A DNA stretch of 64,000 bases, taken from the human T2T-CHM13v2.0 reference genome, Homo sapiens. The first letter of the stretch is position 1. Each line of letters opens with the position of its first letter. The notes under the pieces are model-generated. The model did no database searches and was not told the origin of the DNA. It saw nothing but the letters and a program-made list of their open reading frames with translations. Made by a program: the position numbers and the translations under genes. The stretch lies in the NCBI RefSeq assembly GCF_009914755.1, contig NC_060945.1; one strand, given 5' to 3'. Below, piece after piece: positions 61,031-64,000 of the stretch.

Positions 61031-62164
61031 ATGTTTGCATGATGGTTTGCAAGGCTTTCAATCTTTGGCTGCCAACATCTTCCCACTGGTTCCACGAACG
61101 ACATGGTTTACACCCTGTTAGATCACACAGGAAGAAAGTTTAAGGCCCAGGCTAGGCAGAAGTAACACCCACTCAGCAGGAAACAGCTCCAGAAAAAGTG
61201 GTCTAACCCCTCAACCTCCAATATGGTTATTGCCCTAAAATCTCTTAGGGGGAAATTGAGGCAGAATAGATAGTACAGAAAATGACCATGATCTCGGGAT
61301 AGAGAAACCATGGTGACTGTACAGCCAAAACAATAAGCCTTAGCATTCGCATTGTAATTTGGCTTATTCGAGCAAAGCTATCCTCATTAAGGACTTTCTG
61401 TTCTAGAGAGCATGTGTATTTTGATTTTACCTGCCCTCAAACTTAAATTTTGCTTATTTTAATAGCAAACAATGCACCCCCTAGCCAGGGACGGTGGCTT
61501 ATACCTCTACTCTCAGCACTTTGGGAGGCTGAGGAAGATGGATCACTTCAAACTAGAAGCTCGAGACTAAACTGGCCAACATAGAGAAACCCCGTCTAAA
61601 TTAAAAATACAAAAATTAGCAGGGTATGATGGTGCATGCCTGTAATCCCAGATACTCAGGAGGCAGAGGCACGAGCATGGGTTGAACTCAGGAGGCAGAG
61701 GTTGCAGTGAGCAGAGATCACACCACTGCACCGCAGCTTGGGCAACACGGCGAGACTCTGTCTCAAACAAACAAACAAACACACAGAAATACACTCCTGG
61801 GTGGAAATATAAGATGCTAACGAGACATGCAACATATGAACAAGCATGTACAGCTACTGCGCATATGCACCCAGAATACCACAGAGAACATGTTTACTAG
61901 CAACTCCTCTTCCCTCCTCCTTATTAATAATAATGTAAAACTGCCATAAAGGGGTTTCTCCAGCGACAGTCCACGCTGTCTCACTCTTATGAGCAGTCCG
62001 CCCTGGAGTATCTCTCTCAGAGTGTACTGTATTCTGCACTTAACTTTCAAATATTTTCTTTTCCAATAAATTATGCTGTACTTTTTTTCTTTGTGTCTCT
62101 TGTTTAAATTCTTAAAATCTAGGAAGACAAGAACAGAGGTATCACATCAGTTGTCAACACAGCA

Positions 62165-64000
62165 ATAAGTCAGCCTCCTTCTTGTAAGCATAGCCCATGT
62201 AGAAAAGGAGAGTCGCATCACCTCGGTGCTGGATCCAGAGGTATGTCACAATTTATCCCATGCACAAAGTTAAGGTCATTGAGGAGAGTCATATTAAATA
62301 ATTTCTGGGCCCAGGGATTTGTCACAACAGCTCCTGTGAGAAGAGATGAGGCAGCATAATCACATAACCGGTGTGCTGGACACAGCGATAAGCCACCTTT
62401 CATCTGTGGGCATGACCCAGGCAAGAAAGAAGAGTCACGGCATTTAGGTGCTTGCTGCAGAGGTACGTAACAATCTCTCTTATGGGCAAAGCTCAGGTAA
62501 GAGAGAAGAGTCAAATCTCCAAGGTGATTCATGTAGAAATTTGTCACAAGAGACTTTTTAGGCAGGGCCCATGTTGGATCTTCTTATCTTCCAGAAGTTA
62601 GGTACAGGGATATGTCAGAATACCCAAAATACACAGGGCTCAGTCAATAAAGAAGAGCCACATCACCCAGGTGCTGGGTCTAGACATATGTCACATCTCT
62701 TTTATGGGGAAAGCTCAGGTAAAAAAGGAAGGTCATATCAAATAGTTGATAGACCCAGAGATATGTCACATTGTCTCCTGCTTGAAGTGTCTAGGCCAAA
62801 GACTCACATCACATTGGTGCTAGGCCTGTGTTCATATATAAACATTCAACCAGAGTTGAAATGGTGGCTCGTTTCTAAACCCAGCTTATAGGCAAGGGAT
62901 GAGTCTCCTATCCTGACATAGTTAATTGTAATGATGTTGACTCTCATCCCTGGGCTTAATGTTACAAGTATGATCATGGGTCCCTACCTTTAGGAAGGTC
63001 TCAAAGTTGATTACAACTCTCATTCATACAGTATAGGGCCATTGGGTAGTACACAGAGCGTGCTAACTGGGCCGAGCACACAGGTGAGATTGTGAGACTC
63101 ATATGCATACCCAGCCAACAGTAACTATTGTCATCCTCTCACGGGAACACAAGTCAGTCTGCAGAGGAATTGAGGCTCTCATGCACAAATCCAGTCTGGT
63201 GTTGAGATGGTTATTCGTGGGCTTAGACCCAACATACAGGAGGTGTTGAATGTCATGCCTACCACTGAGACAGCTGTGCGATTGTTAATCTAATTCCTGG
63301 ACCATTCTGCAGCTTCCATTGTCAAATTTCCCAGTGCCTAGCACCTAAGTGACTTGACGGGCTTGCATGGACCCAGCCCACAGATGGGATATTAACATAT
63401 TGCTGGATCCAGCACATTGAGGATGTAACTCTATTCTCCTTCGTTGGCACTGCCCACAGTGAGCAGTTTGACATATCGCTAGACCTTACACCCAGGTGAT
63501 GTGAGTCTCCTCTTCTGCCTTGGCGCTGCCCTCAGGAAGCGTTGTTATATATAGCTTGGCCTCGCATCCAGGTTATGTGACTCTCCGGCTTGTGCACTGC
63601 CCATATGGGACACTGTGTTAATATTGCTGGGTCCACTACTCAGGTGATGTAACCCAACTGCCTGGGCCCTGCCTTACAGGGGCATTGTGACATATCTCTG
63701 TGCTCATCAGCCAGGTGATGTGATTCTCTTCTCCTGCCTGGTCCCTTTACACAGAAGGGATTGTGACACGTTGCTGGGCTTAGCACCAAGTTGATGTTGA
63801 TGTGAATCTTCTGCCTGGATCGAGTTCACAGAAGGCATCGTGACATACCTCTGGGTACATCACCTATTTGATGAGACTCTCCTCTCTTACCTGAGCATTG
63901 CCCATAAGAGAGATTGTGACATATCCCTGGGTCTAGCACTGGGATGATGTGAATTCTCTCTGCCTGGGTCATGCCCACAGAAGGAAGTGTGACTTATAAC
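62165..64000. repeat. SATR1/SATR2-type satellite (~76-bp unit), runs off the window
   Basis: attgtgaca-type anchor at 63684, 63760, 63837 and 63913. The reverse-complement form (agagtcacatcacc...tatgtcaca) fills 62200-62830. This family is typical of KZNF clusters. Confidence 0.8.

Larger units (their letters stand above)
58657..62159 (+). mobile_element. Internally deleted ERV1 provirus with two MER66-like LTRs
   Basis: Partial 5' LTR 58657-59140 and 3' LTR 61257-62159 share sequence (ttctagaga.catgtg.attttgatttta, aagatgctaa.gagacatgcaa) and both end in TCAACA. PPT agggggaaat precedes 61257. An Alu sits at ~61482-61790 in the 3' LTR. Confidence 0.82.

Overview
Human genomic DNA (an AluYb8-type insertion is present), repeat-rich, with no intact protein-coding gene that I can find. 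It looks like a mosaic segmental duplication built on a decayed KRAB zinc-finger (KZNF) locus. On the + strand there is a CpG-rich ZNF91-family-type promoter/exon 1 ending ATG|GT at 1878-1882, and a frameshifted start of the KZNF last exon at 24896 whose zinc fingers are gone. Between them lie a CTDSP2 processed pseudogene split by a solo LTR12 and many antisense L1s. The right part holds a Y3 RNA retrocopy inside an old L1, nested LTR7/LTR10-like LTRs, a ~20-unit ~140-bp GC-rich tandem array (probably the catalogued ACRO1 satellite), a deleted MER66-type provirus with gag/env remnants, and SATR-type ~76-bp satellite. The best lead is the ~140-bp array: each unit carries two divergent ZNF143/THAP11-type motifs that also form a nested inverted repeat, so the array looks like a tandemly amplified promoter module. 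Repeat subfamily names are from recall, most repeat boundaries are approximate, and an acrocentric-short-arm or pericentromeric location is inferred rather than shown.
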